64,000 nucleotides of DNA, taken from assembly GCA_951406725.2 (NCBI GenBank), contig OX597818.1, positions 71,176,001 to 71,240,000 on the forward strand, in the 5' to 3' direction. The position numbers and the translations under genes are program-made. The notes below the pieces were generated by a model, which saw only the letters and a program-made list of their open reading frames with translations, made no database searches and had not been told where the DNA came from. This DNA is from Octopus vulgaris. Taxonomy: Eukaryota. Numbering within the stretch: the first letter of the stretch is position 1; each line of letters opens with the position of its first letter. Shown piece after piece: positions 49,870-63,171 of this stretch.

Positions 49870-52040
49870 ATGGGGTAGAAGACAATCGATGGCAGATTAT
49901 TCGCGACACCACTTGCAGAATAGTCATGTCATCCCTAGGAAAGAGGGAGCGGAGAAATCAAGACTGGTTTGAAGCTCACCTGCCTGAGATGGAGCCTGTC
50001 ATTGCTGCCAAGAGGGAAGCACTGGTCAACTATAAGCGCGACCCATCAGAAAAGAACCTGGCTACTCTGAGAACAGCCAGAAGCGACGCCCAGACGTTGC
50101 GCCAACATCTACTGGCAGAACTTATGCCAGAACATCCAGTGCTGTGCTGACAGTGGTAACATGAAAGGGATGTACGAGGGGATGAAGAAAGCATTCGGGC
50201 CTACTGTCAGAAAGGTTGCTCCACTGAAGTCCAGAGATGGCGAGGTCATCAAGGACCAAGCGAAGCAGATGGAGAGGTGGGTCGAGCATTACCAGAACCT
50301 CTACTCCACTGAGAATGTGGTCACCAGGTCTGCCCTCGCCGGCATTCCTGCTCTGCCTGTCATGGAGGAGCTTGACCTGCCTCCAACAAAGGAAGAACTG
50401 AGCAAAGCAATTGACTCACTCGCTTGGGGCAAGGCACCAGGGCAAGACGGCATCCCCGCAGAAGTCATCCAGTGCGGGAAGCCAGCTCTTCTGGGCCATC
50501 TCCACGAGCTGCTCTGTCAGTGCTGGGAGGAGGGCTCTATCCCTAAGGATATGCGTGACGCAAACATCATCACACTGTATAAAAACAAAGGGGACAGAAG
50601 CGACTGCAATAATTACAGGGGCATATCACTGCTCAGCACTGTCGGTAAGGCATTTGCCAGGGTGGTCCTGAAGAGGTTGCAAATACTTGCAGAGCGTGTG
50701 TACCCCGAGTCTCAGTCTGGCTTTAGGGCAGAGAGGTCTACAATTGACATGATCTTCTCACTCAGGCAGCTTCAAGAAAAGAGTCGAGAACAGAGACAGC
50801 CCCTATACGTGGCCTTCATCGACCTGGCTAAGGCGTTCGACTCAGTCAGCAGGGAGGGGCTGTTTGCGCTCCTGGGTAGGATAGGTTGCCCTCCCAGACT
50901 GCTGAAACTCATCACCTCCTTTCACGACGGTATGCAGGGAACAGTGCAGTTTGACGGATCGCCCTTGGAGTCATTCCCCATCCAGAGTGGAGTGAAACAG
51001 GGTTGCGTTCTGGCGCCGACGCTCTTCGGAATTTTCTTCTCCCTTGTCCTGTCCTATGCCTTCAGAACGTCCGACGACGGAGTGTTCCTCCACACCAGGG
51101 CTGATGGTGGATTGTTCAATCTTGCGCGCCTCAGAGCTAAGACCAAAGTCCGTCAGGTGCTGATCAGAGAGATCCTCTTTGCTGACGATGCCGCCCTAAC
51201 ATCACACAACCAACCGGGTCTCCAGAGGCTGGTCAGCTCCCTGGCGGATGCCTGCCAAGAGTTCGGCCTTACCATCAGCCTGAAAAAGACAGAGATCATG
51301 GGCAGACGGATTGGGAAGGCTGCTGCTGCCATGGCTAAGCTCTCCAGGAGAGTGTGGGAAAACAACATGCTCACAATAACCACCAAGATCGCAGTGTACC
51401 GAGCCTGCGTGCTGAGCACTCTATTCTACGGCAGTGAGAGCTGGACAACATACACCCGGCAGGTATGCCGCCTCAGCGGCTTCCACATGCGGTGTCTTCG
51501 ACGGATCCTTGGCATCTCCTGGAAGGACCGAGTACCAAACGGAGTCATCCTGGAACAGACTAATATGCCAAGCATGTATGCCCTCCTCGTGCGGAGACGA
51601 CTGCGCTGGCTCGGACACGTCTGCCACATGCAGGACGGTCGCATGCCTAAAGACATCCTGTACAGCGAACTCACCACGGGATCCCAACCCAAGGGACGTC
51701 CACAGCTACGATACAGGGACGTGTGCAAGCGCAACCTGAGGACTGCCAACATCTGTGTGGACACGTGGGAGGAAACAGCTGCTGACCGCTCTGCCTGGCG
51801 TCGGACGGTGAGGAAAGGCGTTTCCATGGCTGAGGAGAGGAGAGCACAGCTGTGGTTGGACAGGCGGGACAGGAGGACAACTGCAGCAACACCCCACACG
51901 TACCCATCGATGTTCGTGTGCAGCAACTGTACCAAGGACTGCCACTCTAGAATTGGACTGTTCAGTCACAGCAGATGCTGCACATCATCAAAGTAGGCCC
52001 CACCCTTGGCGCAACCCATTGTCTATCAAGACAGACGGGG
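49870..52040 (+). mobile_element. 5'-truncated RTE/BovB-like LINE (family R2); RT ORF 50161-51996
   Basis: YPESQSGFR, FIDLAKAFDSV, GVKQGCVLAP, FADD; C-terminal CxxC...SRIGLFSH; 3' hairpin TGTCT-ATCA-AGACA. Confidence 0.92.
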
Positions 52041-52087
52041 GATAAAGATATAAAGAAGATGTATTTATATATGTATATATGTATATT

Positions 52088-55021
52088 ACCAGCCACCTAG
52101 TCACCTACCGATCGGCTCTACATACCAGCCAAATTGACTACATCCTTGCCAGGAAAAGGGAAAGATGGCTGCTTATAAATGCCAAAACCTTCCCAGGCGA
52201 AGAATGTACCCCACAACATAAACTGGTAGTTAGTGACTTCAGGATCAGGACTAAGAGGACGACCAGAAGACAACCAACATGGAGAAGAAGGATCTGGAAG
52301 CTTAAAGATCCTGCGAATGGACAGAGACTTAGGGACATATTACTTGAAGCCTTTGACAAAGTAGAAGGGGATATAGCTTCACATGGGGTAGAAGACAACT
52401 GGAGGTCTCTAAGGGACAACCTGCTGAGAGCCACTGACCAGATCTGTGGATGGTGCAAAGTCCCCTCTTGACCCAAAATAATGTGGTAGTGGAACAATGT
52501 TGTAGACAGGGCTATTAGAGAAAAGAGACAGGCTTGGAAGGACTGGAAAAATGGTGGTAGCAGGGAATTGTATCAGACTACCAAAAGAGAAGCTAGGAGA
52601 CAGGTTTATTTAACCAGAAGGGAAACAGATAAGAAAAAATTTGCCAATGTTCTGTGCTGTGAGGACCAAAGACTTGAGGTATTCCATGTTACAAGACAGT
52701 GTGTGAGAGAGAATCATGATGTGGTAGGAGAGAAATGTGTCTGCATGGATGATGGCTCACTTGCACTGAATGAGGATGCAAAGAGAGAGGTTTGGAGACG
52801 CCACTATGAAAGGTTGCTGAATAAAGAAAATGAATGGGATAAAGAGAGTCTACCGAATGTCGACCCAACAGAGGGACCAGCTATCTGAGTTGACAGTTCT
52901 TTGGTAGTTAAGGCAATTAGAAGCATGAAGACAGGGAAAGCCCTAGGCCTATCAGGAATTACTGCAGAGATGCTTAAAATATCTGGTAGTGTTGGCTATA
53001 GCCTAGTCACCTGTATAGTTAACCAGGTGATACATGAAGGAGTCATACCCAATGACTGGTGTAGCAGCATAATAGTCAACTGCTACAAAGGTAAAGGTGG
53101 TGCCCTAGATACAAATAATTACTGAGGTATCAAGCTGTTGGATCAGGTGATGAAGGTTACGGAGAGGGTCATAGCCCAACTAATTAGAGAGATAATCAGC
53201 TTGGATGAGATGCAGTTTGGTTTCAGGTAAAAGCACCACTGATGCCATATTTCTGATGAGACAGCTGCAGGAGAAATACCTAGCCAAGGATAAGCCCCTG
53301 TACCTGGCTTTCGTTGACATGGAGAAAGCCTTTGACAGGGTCCCCCAATCCCTCATCTGGTTGTCAATGAGGAAACTAGGGATAGATGAATGGTTAGTGA
53401 GAGCTGTGCAAGCCATGTACAGAGACTCTGTAAGTAAGGTGAGGGTTGGCAACGAGTACACTAAAGAATTCAAAGTAGAGGTAGGGGTCCACCAAGGTTC
53501 AGTCCTCAGCCCCCTCCTATTTATCATAGTCCTCCAGGTAATAACAGAGGAATTCAAGACAGGATGCCCCTGGGAGCTCCTATATGCTGATGACCTTGCT
53601 CTAATTGCTGAGTCACTATCAGAACTGGAGGAGAAGTTTCAGGTGTGGAAGGAAGGATTAGAATCGAAGTGCCTTAGAGTCAAAGTAGCTAAAACAAAAG
53701 TCTTAATATGTAGGAAGGCAGGCAAATCACAAACGCCTTCAGGTAGATGGCCCTGCTCGATCTGTAGAAAAGGCGTAGGTAGAAACTCTATAAGATGCAC
53801 CAAGTGTAAGCTATGGACACATAAGGGGTGCAGCAATGTCAAAGGAAGGCTAACTGGGAAGATAGTTTTTGTATGTGGCAGATGCTCAGGAGCAATAAAC
53901 ACTGAAAATCTGCAGAAAACAAATTCTGTCACTTTCCAGGGGAAAAAACTAGAAGTAGTCGATAGCTTCCATTACCTAGGTGACCAAGTCAGTAGCGGGG
54001 GAGGGTGCTCTGAAAGTGTAGCTGCTAGAGTAAGAATAGCCTGGGCAACGTTCAGGGAGCTCTTATCTCTGCTGGTGACTAAAGGCCTCTCGCTCAGAGT
54101 AAAAGGCAGACTGTATGATGCATGTGTACGAACAGCCATGCTACATGGCAGTGAAACATGGGCCGTGACTGCTGAGGACATGCGTAAGCTCACGAGGAAT
54201 GAAGCCATTATGCTCCGATGGATGTGTAATTTCAGTGCACATACTCGACAGAGTGTAAGTACCTTGAGAGAAAAGTTGGACCTAAGAAGCATCAGCTGTG
54301 GTGTGCAAGAGAGACGATTGCACTGGTATGGTCATGTGGCGAGAATGGATGAAGATAGTTATGAAAAAGTGCCACACCCTGGCGGTTGAGGGAACCTGTG
54401 GAAGACGTTGACCCAGGAAAACCTGGGATGAGGTGGTGAAGCACGACCTTTGAACTTTAGGTCTCACCGAGGAAATGACCAGAGACCGAGACCTTTGGAA
54501 GTATGCTGTGCGTGGGAAGACCCGGCAGGACAAGTGAGACCATAACCCGTGGCCTCCACCTGGGACGTAGCCAGCCCACTTATGCATACCTTTCCTTCTT
54601 GTGACACAAACCCTACGTGTGAAGACCTGTTGAGGCAAGTGAAAATCGAAATCAAAATCTTTCAACATCAATGGAAATTGTAGCTGAGATACCAGTGCCG
54701 GTGGCACGTAAGAGAACCTATTTCTTTATTACCCACAAGGGGCTAAACACAGAGGGGACAAACAAGGACAGACATAGGTATTAAGTCGATTACATCGACC
54801 CCAGTGCGTAACTGGTACTTAATTTATCGACCCCGAAAGGATGAAAGGCAAAGTCGACCTCGGCGGAATTTGAACTCACAACGTTGCGACAGGTGAAATA
54901 CCGCTAAGCATTTCGCCCGGTGTGCTAACGTTTCTGCCAGCTCGCTGCCTTGCACGTAAGAGAACCATCCGAACGTGGCTGTTGCCAGCGCCATCCCGAC
55001 TGGCCTCCGTGCCGGTGGCAC
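52088..55021 (+). mobile_element. RTE family R1 decayed copy
   Basis: Several stops and frameshifts; VDMEKAFDRV, HQGSVLSP, YADD; PHD-like finger; 3' UTR interrupted by a SINE. Confidence 0.9.
54719..54951 (-). mobile_element. tRNA-derived SINE with Deu/Nin-like central domain and 15-bp TSD
   Basis: GCCTTTCATCCTTTCGGGGTCGATAAA core; GAGTTCAAATT B box; GCACGTAAGAGAACC at 54704-54718 and 54952-54966. Confidence 0.88.
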
Positions 55022-55940
55022 AAACACAATTGTAGGAAAATCCTATAGGTGCATGCACTGGCAGAAACACACCTTCCACTCATATGAATGATGATTAATA
55101 TAGATAACCTTGAATTTAATAATTTGGTTCCACATCTACAACACCATAGACAAAAATTTTTTTATACTCCGTGACTTGAAGGCCTACTACCAAATTCGTT
55201 GGGGTATGTTCTACCTCTGTCTCTCTACCTCTCCCCTTCTCTCTCTCTCCCTCTCTCTATCTTAAGCACACTCAAACACACAGACACAAACCTGTCACTT
55301 TACTAGATATATTTGGCATTTATCCCCCACACAAACAATCACGCACACATATACACACACATAGACACGAATGCAGTTATATACATACACACACATAGGC
55401 ACTCGATCTCATTGGCAAAAGCAAACAACAACGCATCACCATACATACGACTTGCACTCTGTCACCCCCTATTCTTAGAACCTGCCCCTTCCAACCATTT
55501 TTGAACTCTTGAACTTTTTAGAATCTTATCCATCCAACCAATTTTGATGTCACTGCTTATAACGGAATATTTTAAAGAAACACTCATTATCACTATGGAC
55601 TCCATGTGGGCAGTCATCTAAAAGTTTTTGTTCGTCATGATGCTGACATAAGTTCCTTGTCTTTCCTGATGAGAAGACGGCATAATGCACCCTTTATTCC
55701 TTCGGAATTAAGAATATGCAGTCTTCGAAACATATGTCGAGAATAAAGGAATTTTGTTAAATCGTCGTTCAACTCCATTCTTTCATTTATCTATAGTAAA
55801 AAAACACACAAATTTCCACACGCAAGCACATGATTTCTGCCCTTGGCATGTAGCTTCAACCGTGCTTTCTGACGTAAATTTGCTACCCGGGTATCGGTTA
55901 ATTGAATTATCCATACTAGGATAATTCATTCAACTACTTA
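55022..55940 (+). mobile_element. Penelope-like family P2 3' part
   Basis: Possible endonuclease C-terminal relic (LRDLKAYYQIRWG, ~55167-55205); hammerhead at 55661. Confidence 0.65.
55661..55743 (+). ncRNA. Type I hammerhead ribozyme with extended stem II
   Basis: UUUC-CUGAUGA-GAAGAC...GUCUUC-GAAA-C AUAU G-UC-GAGA. Confidence 0.82.
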
Positions 55941-55986
55941 AATATATATATATATATATGTATTTATTTATATATATATATATATG

Positions 55987-56039
<53 letters not shown>

Positions 56040-56105
56040 GTGTGTGTATTTATTTTTATATATATGTACAATATATATATATATATGTATTTACTTTTAT
56101 ATACA

Positions 56106-56265
56106 TTTACGGAGTGGTTGGCGTTAAGAAGGGCATCCAGCTGTAGAAACACTGCCAGATCAGACTGGAGCCTGGTGCAGCCTTCTGGCTTCCCAGATCC
56201 CCGGTCGAACCATCCAACACATGCTAGCATGGAGAATGGACGTTAAACGATGATGATGATGATGA
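56106..56265 (+). mobile_element. RTE R1 3' end
   Basis: Matches 59375-59541. Confidence 0.85.
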
Positions 56266-56381
56266 TATATATATATAATACGTATATATATATATATAAT
56301 ATATGTATGTATATATAATACATGTATATATATAATATATATATATATATACATGTATATATATATACATGTATATATATA

Positions 56382-59300
56382 TAACCTTCCCAGGCGAAGA
56401 ATGCACCCCACAACATAGACTGGTAGTTAGTGACTTTAGGATCAGGACTAAGAGGGCGACTAGAAGACGACCAACATGGAGAAGAAGGGTCTGGAAGCTT
56501 AAAGCCCCTGCGAATGGACAGAGATTTAGAGATATGTTACTTGAAGCCTTTGACGAAGTGGAAGGGGGTATAGCTACACATGGGGTAGAAGACAACTGGA
56601 CGTTTCTGAGGGACAACCTGCTGAAAGCCGCTGACCAGATCTGTGGCTGGTGCAAAGTCCCCTTAAGACCCAAAATAACGTGGTGGTGGAACAATATTGT
56701 TGACAGGGCTATTAGACAAAAGAAACAGGCTTGGAAGGCCTGGAAGAACGGTGGTAGCAGGGAAGGGTATCAGACTGCCAGAAGGGAAGCTAGGAGACAG
56801 GTCTATCTAGCCAGAGGGGAAGCAGATAAGAGAAAATTTGCCAATGTCCTGCGCCGTGAGGATGAAAGACTTGAGGTATTTCGTGTTGCAAGACAGTGTG
56901 TGAGAGAGAATCGTGATGTGGTAGGAGAGAAATGTGTTCGCATGGAGGATGGTTCACTTGCGCTAAATGAGGATGCAAAGAGAGAAGCTTGGAGACGCCA
57001 CTATGAAAGGTTACTGAATGAGGAAAATGAATGGGATAAAGAGAGTCTGCCGAATGTTGACCCTACAGAGGGACCAGCTATCCGAGTTGATAGTTCCGTG
57101 GTAGCTAAGGCAATTAGAAGCATGAAGACAGGGAAAGCCCCAGGCCCATCAGGAATTACTGCAGAGATGCTCAAAATATCTGGCAGTGTCGGCTATAACC
57201 TAGTCACCCGTATAGTCAACCAGGTGATACACGAAGGAGTCATACCCAATGACTGGTGCAGCAGCATACTAGTCAACTGCTACAAAGGTAAAGGTGATGC
57301 CCTAGATACAAATAATTACAGAGGTATCAAGCTGTTGGATCAAGTAATGAAGGTTACGGAGAGGGTCATAGCCCAACTAATTAGAGAGAGAGTTAGTTTA
57401 GATGAGATGCAGTTTGGGTTCGTGCCAGGGAAAAGTACCACTGATGCTATATTCCTGGTAAGGCAGCTGCAGGAGAAATACCTAGCCAAAGATAAGCCCC
57501 TGTACCTGGCTTTCGTTGACATGGAGAAAGCTTTTGATAGGGTCCCCGATCCTTATCTGGTGGTCAATGAGGAAACTAGGGATAGATGAATGGCTGGTGA
57601 GGACTGTGCAAGCCATGTACAGAGATGCTGTAAGTAAGGTTAGGGTTGGCAACATGTACACAGAAGAATTCAAAGTAGAGGTTGGGGTCCCCCAGGGTTC
57701 AGTACTCAGCCCCCTCCTATTTATCATAGTACTCCAGGCAATTACGGAGGAATTCAAGACAGGCTGTCCCTGGGAGCTCCTCTACGCTGACGACCTTGCT
57801 CTTATTGCTGAGTCACTATCAGAACTGGAGGAGAAGTTCCAGGTGTGGAAGGAGGGTTTAGAATCAAGGGGCCTTAGAGTCAACCTAGCTAAAACCAAAG
57901 TACTAATAAGTAGAAAGGTAGACAATCCACAAATATCTTCAGGAAGATGGCCCTGCTCGATCTGTAGAAAAGGTGTAGGTAGAAACTCTATAAGATGTAC
58001 CCAGTGTAAGCTATGGACACATAAGAGGTGCAGCAATGTCAAAGGTAGGCTAACTGGGAAGATAGTTTTTGTATGTGGCAGATGCTCGGGAGCATTAACC
58101 TCCGAAAATCTGCAGAAAACAACTTCCGTCACTTTCCAGGGGGAAAAACTAGAAGTAGTTGATAGCTTCCGTTATCTAGGTGACCAAGTCAGTAGTGGGG
58201 GTGGGTGCGCTGAAAGTGTAACTGCTAGAATAAGAATAGCCTGGGCAAAGTTTAGGAGCTCTTACCTCTGCTGGTGACTAAAGGCCTCTCGCTCAGAGTA
58301 AAAGGCAGACTGTATGATGCGTGTGTACGAACAGCCATGCTACATGGCAGCGAAACATGGGCCGTGACTGCTGAGGACATGCGTAAGCTCGTGAGGAATG
58401 AAGCCATTATGCTCCGATGGATGTGTAATGTCAGTGTACATACTCGACAGAGCGTTAGCACCTTGAGAGAAATGTTGTACCTAAGAAGCATCAGTTGTGG
58501 TGTGCAAGAGAGACGATTGCGCTGGTATGGTCATGTGGCGAGAATGGATGAAGATAGGTGTGTGAGAAAGTGCCAATCCCTAGCAGTTGAGGGAACCCGT
58601 GGAAGAGGTAGACCCAGGAAAACCTGGGACGAGGTGGTGAAGCACGACCTTCGAACTTTAGGCCTCACTGAGGAAATGACCAGAGACCGAGACCTTTGGA
58701 AATATTCAGTACGTGAGAAGACCAGGCAGGACAAGTGAGCCCAGCCCACTTATGAATGCCTTTCCTCCCTTGGACACAAAGACCGGTTGAGGCAAGCGAA
58801 GTCGATATAGAACCTCATCCGACGACAGACACCCATGCCAACCCCCCATGCTTGCGAAGACATGTTGGGGCAAGCGAAATCGAAATCGAAACCGAATTGA
58901 ACCAGCCAGGATCCCTGGCCTGGTGGTACGTAAAAAGCACTATCCGACTCGTGGCCGTGGCACGTAAAATACTCCAATGCGACCGTACGACAGGCACCCA
59001 TGCCAACCCCCTTTGCTTGTGAAGACATGTTGGGGCAAGCGAAATCGAAATCGAATTGAACCAGCCAGGATCCCTGGTCTGGTGGTACGTAAAAAGCACT
59101 ATCCGACTCGTGGCCGTGGCACGTGGCTCGCGACCGTCATTGCCAACCCCTTTGCTTGTGAAGACATGTTGGGGCAAGCGAAATCGAAATCGAATTGAAC
59201 CAGCCAGGATCCCTGGTCTGGTGGTACGTAAAAGCACTATCCGACTCGTGGCCGATGCCAGCACCGCCTCGACTGGCTTCCGTGCCGGTGGCACATAAAA

Positions 59301-59541
59301 TACACCAATCTGACCGTGGCCGTTGCCAGCCCCGCCTGGCACCTGTGCAGGTGGCACGTAAAAAGCACCCACTACACTCACGGAGTGGTTGGCGTTAGGA
59401 AGGGCATCCAGCTGTAGAAACATTGCCAGATTAGACTGGAGCCTGGTGCAGCCTTCTGGCTTCCCAGAACCCCGGTCGAACCGTCCAACCCATGCTAGCA
59501 TGGAGAACGGACGTTAAACGACGATGATGATGATGATGATG
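56382..59541 (+). mobile_element. RTE family R1, 5'-truncated; ORF to 58738 (2 frameshifts); repeat-containing 3' UTR; (GAT)n tail
   Basis: ORFs 56369-57589, 57516-58277, 58274-58738. Confidence 0.93.
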
Positions 59542-61170
59542 ACACTTCTCTGCTACCACCATTCTTCCAGTCCTTCCAAACCTGTTTCTTTTGTCTAATG
59601 GCCTTGTCAACAACATTGTTTCACCACCATGTTACTTTGAGTCAAGAGGGGACTTTGCACCATCCACAGATCTGGTCGGTAGCCCTAATCAGGTTGTCTC
59701 GTAGGAACCTCCAGTTGTCTTCTATACCATGTGAAGCTATATCCCCTTCTATTTCGTCAAAGGCTCCGAGTAATATGTCTCTAAATCTCTGTTCATTTGC
59801 AGGATCTTTAAGTCTCCAGACCCTTCTTCTCCATGTTGGTCGTCTTCTGGGCATCCATTTAGCCCTGATCCTGAAGTCACTAACTACCAGTCCATGTTGT
59901 GGGGTATGTTCTTCACCAGGGAAGGTTTTGGCATTTATAAGCAGCCATCTTTCCCTTTTTCTGGTGAGGATGTAGTCGATCTGACTTGTGTGTCTGCCAG
60001 ATCGGTTGGCGACTAGGTGGCTGGCAGGTTTTCTGAAGTTAGTATTGCAAACCATAAGATCATTTGCGTCACAGAACTCCAGCAGCCTGGTTCCCTCCTC
60101 ATTGCGAGAGCCAAAACCGTAGCCTCCATGTATGCCATGGAAGCCCCTGTCATGTTGTCCAACATGTCCATTGAAGTCACCATTCACAAAAAGAAGGTCC
60201 CTGTCATTCGTCAATGCGGTAGTCTGCAAGAGGGTGTCATAGAATCGGTCTTTATGTCCATTGGGTAGCCCTGGCTGAGGGACATAGGCCGAGATAATGG
60301 TTGCTAACCCATGACGGAACACTAATCTAATTTTAAGTATTCTGTCGCTTACTCTGACTACCTCAATTACCTTATCTACCCATTTCTCCGCAAGAAGTAT
60401 ACCCACACCCCCAACTCTGTCAGTGTTCCCTGCCCAGAAAATCTTGTACCTGTGTTCTTTGCCTGTGAGGAACCTAGCAGAACCTCCTCTCCACCTTACT
60501 TCTTGGATGCAGCACATATCGACACATCTCCATTCAAGCATTTCAACAATCTCACCAGACCTACCTTTCAGTGTGCCGACGTTGAGTGCCAACCCTGAGG
60601 GTGTGGGAGGTATGGGCCCTAGAGACCCTGGGATGGCAGACAACAGCGTCATGTACCTGAAAAGAGAGCTCGCGTTTGGCAGAATTCATAGCAACAATAG
60701 TCTTAGGTTCAACCTGCGTACACTACACTATCATATTTTGCACTGCATGATCACTACCTTATATAGTAGGGGTGGGGTTGGCATAAGGACTTTAGAAGTG
60801 TTCGTGGGAGGCAACCAAGGATGATGAAACAGGGACTTCCGGTATAGGTGGAAGGGGTGGGAGGGCACGTGAGCTAAAGTTAAGACGGAACAATAGAACT
60901 ATATTTACATGATGGTGCAGAAATAGACAAAATAAGATAGAAGAGAGGGAAAATAATAATAAGGGTTTATGATGAATACTGACAGAAATACAATGAGATG
61001 TAGATAACAAGTTGAGAGTTAAAATCGCTTATCTGAAATTTTTCATCCTCTGAGATTCGTATTTTACAGCCAAGGAATCGAAGAGTAGTAAGAGTCAGCA
61101 TGCGTGCTTTAGTTTATATAGGGTGGTGGGTAGGTTTGGCTAAGCTAAAGTAATCGAAAGAGAGGGAGAA
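59542..61170 (-). mobile_element. RTE family R1 5' portion (5' UTR and APE endonuclease)
   Basis: ORF 59642-60652: NVGTLKG, IQEVRW, SAYVPQ, GDFNGH, QIDYIL; 5' boundary approximate. Confidence 0.85.
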
Positions 61171-61238
61171 AGACACATAGTGATACAGAGAGGGGGACAC
61201 GACATGAACTAGCAACAAGTGCTAGTTGTAAGAGAGAA

Positions 61239-62329
61239 GGATCTTTTCCTTTTGATGGACGGAATTTTCTAGTTAACTAAACAATTTGAAACTTCGTATA
61301 CTGGTAGAATGTGTCAAAAGAAAACATTATTGTAAACAAAATTGAAAACAAAATTGTAATCTGTAAGTTTAACGTAGTTTAATTCTTCGAATTTCAACCA
61401 ATGAAATCCCAGCATTTGAGCTCAAATCATTTGCTGCGTTATCGATATTGATAAAGAAACATAGCAGACGCATGCCGCATACACATACACACACTCTCTG
61501 TCACTATCTCTCTCTCTCTCTCTCAAACACATGCATATACATTTGCACAAGCACATAGTAATTAATATATAAGTGTACACACACATACAAACGGAGATAT
61601 ACATACACACACAAGCATACATACACGTTCATGAGTTGGCACTGGTGTCGATAGAATTGACTTAATACTTTTGTATCTCGCAACAATTTTACACAAAAGG
61701 TAAATAAACCAGAAGGGGGGGGGGGGTGTCAATGTTTTATCATTTCGGGGTCGATAAATTAAGTACCAATTATGCACTGGTGTCGAGGATTTTTTTCCCA
61801 ATTTATATCACAGCCTCCGACAATCTGGGGCATCCTTTTATGAATAAATATTTTGCAAATTTTTACAATATGACATACACTCCACGCACACCCTCTAGAC
61901 CGATTTGGGCATATTATTGTTTTGTTTTTGTTGTTTCTGGCCCTTCAAAACCATGGGAGAAGCCTTTTCGGTAAAAAAAAATAAAGAAAATATTCAAAAA
62001 ATATCGTTAATATTTTTATTGGGTGACGAAATTCATCGATTTAAGAGATATAGCTGTTATTTCTAGCACATGCAGAAGACAGAAGACAGAAGAGAGAAGG
62101 ATGAATATGTGTGTGTGTGAGTTTTTAGACGCAGCAAATGATTTGAGCTCAAATGCTAGGATTTCATTGGTTAAAATTCGAAGAATTAAACTACGTTAAA
62201 CTTACAAATTACAATTTTGTTTTCAATATTGTTTACAATAACGTTTTCTTTTGACACATTCTACCAGTATACGAAGTTTCAAATTGTTTAGTTAACTAGA
62301 AAATTCCATCCATCAAAAGGAAAAGATCC
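61239..62329. mobile_element. Non-autonomous DNA element with ~190-bp TIRs (GGATCTTTTCC...GGAAAAGATCC)
   Basis: 61239-61435 is the reverse complement of ~62133-62329; Deu/Nin SINE fragments inside at 61635-61790. Confidence 0.85.
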
Positions 62330-62483
62330 GTATTATATATACATACATATATATATTATATATACATATATATATGTATTATATATACATACATATATAT
62401 ATATTATATATACACACACACACACACACACATATATATATTATATATATACACATATATATATTATATATATATACACACAA

Positions 62484-62542
<59 letters not shown>

Positions 62543-62549
62543 AATATAT

Positions 62550-63026
62550 GAATAAATGAAAGAATGGAGTTGAACGACAAATTAACAAATTTCCTTTATT
62601 TTCGACATATGTTTCGAAGGCTGCATATTCCTAATTCCGAAGGAATAAGGAGTACATTATGCAGATTACTCATTATCACCATGGGCTCCTTGAGAGCAGT
62701 CAGTTAAAAGTTTTTGTGAATCTTGATGTTGACATAAATTCCTTGTTTTTCCTGATGAGAAAGTGGCATAATGGACTCCTTATTCCTTCACAATTAGGAA
62801 TATGCAGCCTTCGAAACATATGTCGAAAATAAAGGAAATTTGTTAATTTGTCGTTCAACTCCATTCTTTCATAAATTTTATAAAAACACACACAAATTTC
62901 CACACGAAAACACGTAGTCTCTGCCCTAGGCACGTAACTTCAACCGTGTTATTTCTGATATGAATTTGCTACCCAGGTATCAGTTAAACGAATTATCCAT
63001 AAAAAGATATTTCATTTTTCTACTCA
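62550..63026 (+). mobile_element. Penelope-like family P2 pseudo-LTR with inverted partial 5' copy
   Basis: 62555-62662 is the reverse complement of ~62766-62872. Confidence 0.75.
62747..62829 (+). ncRNA. Type I hammerhead ribozyme
   Basis: UUUUC-CUGAUGA-G...C-GAAA-C AUAU G-UC-GAAAA. Confidence 0.8.
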
Positions 63027-63035
63027 AATATATAC

Positions 63036-63087
<52 letters not shown>

Positions 63088-63171
63088 TACATATATATAT
63101 ATATATATATAAATGAGTAGCTGGAAACTGTGCATTCCACTGGACAGGCTGTTCCTGTACATGGGTGGTCT

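Noticed and set aside
58756-59501. ORFs in the RTE 3' UTR (also 63195-63661)
   Set aside because: Arise from tandem repeats; frames not conserved among copies.
56382-61170. Single twin-primed RTE insertion
   Set aside because: The inverted part lies beyond the 3' tail and its overlap with the + copy is diverged; more likely two insertions.
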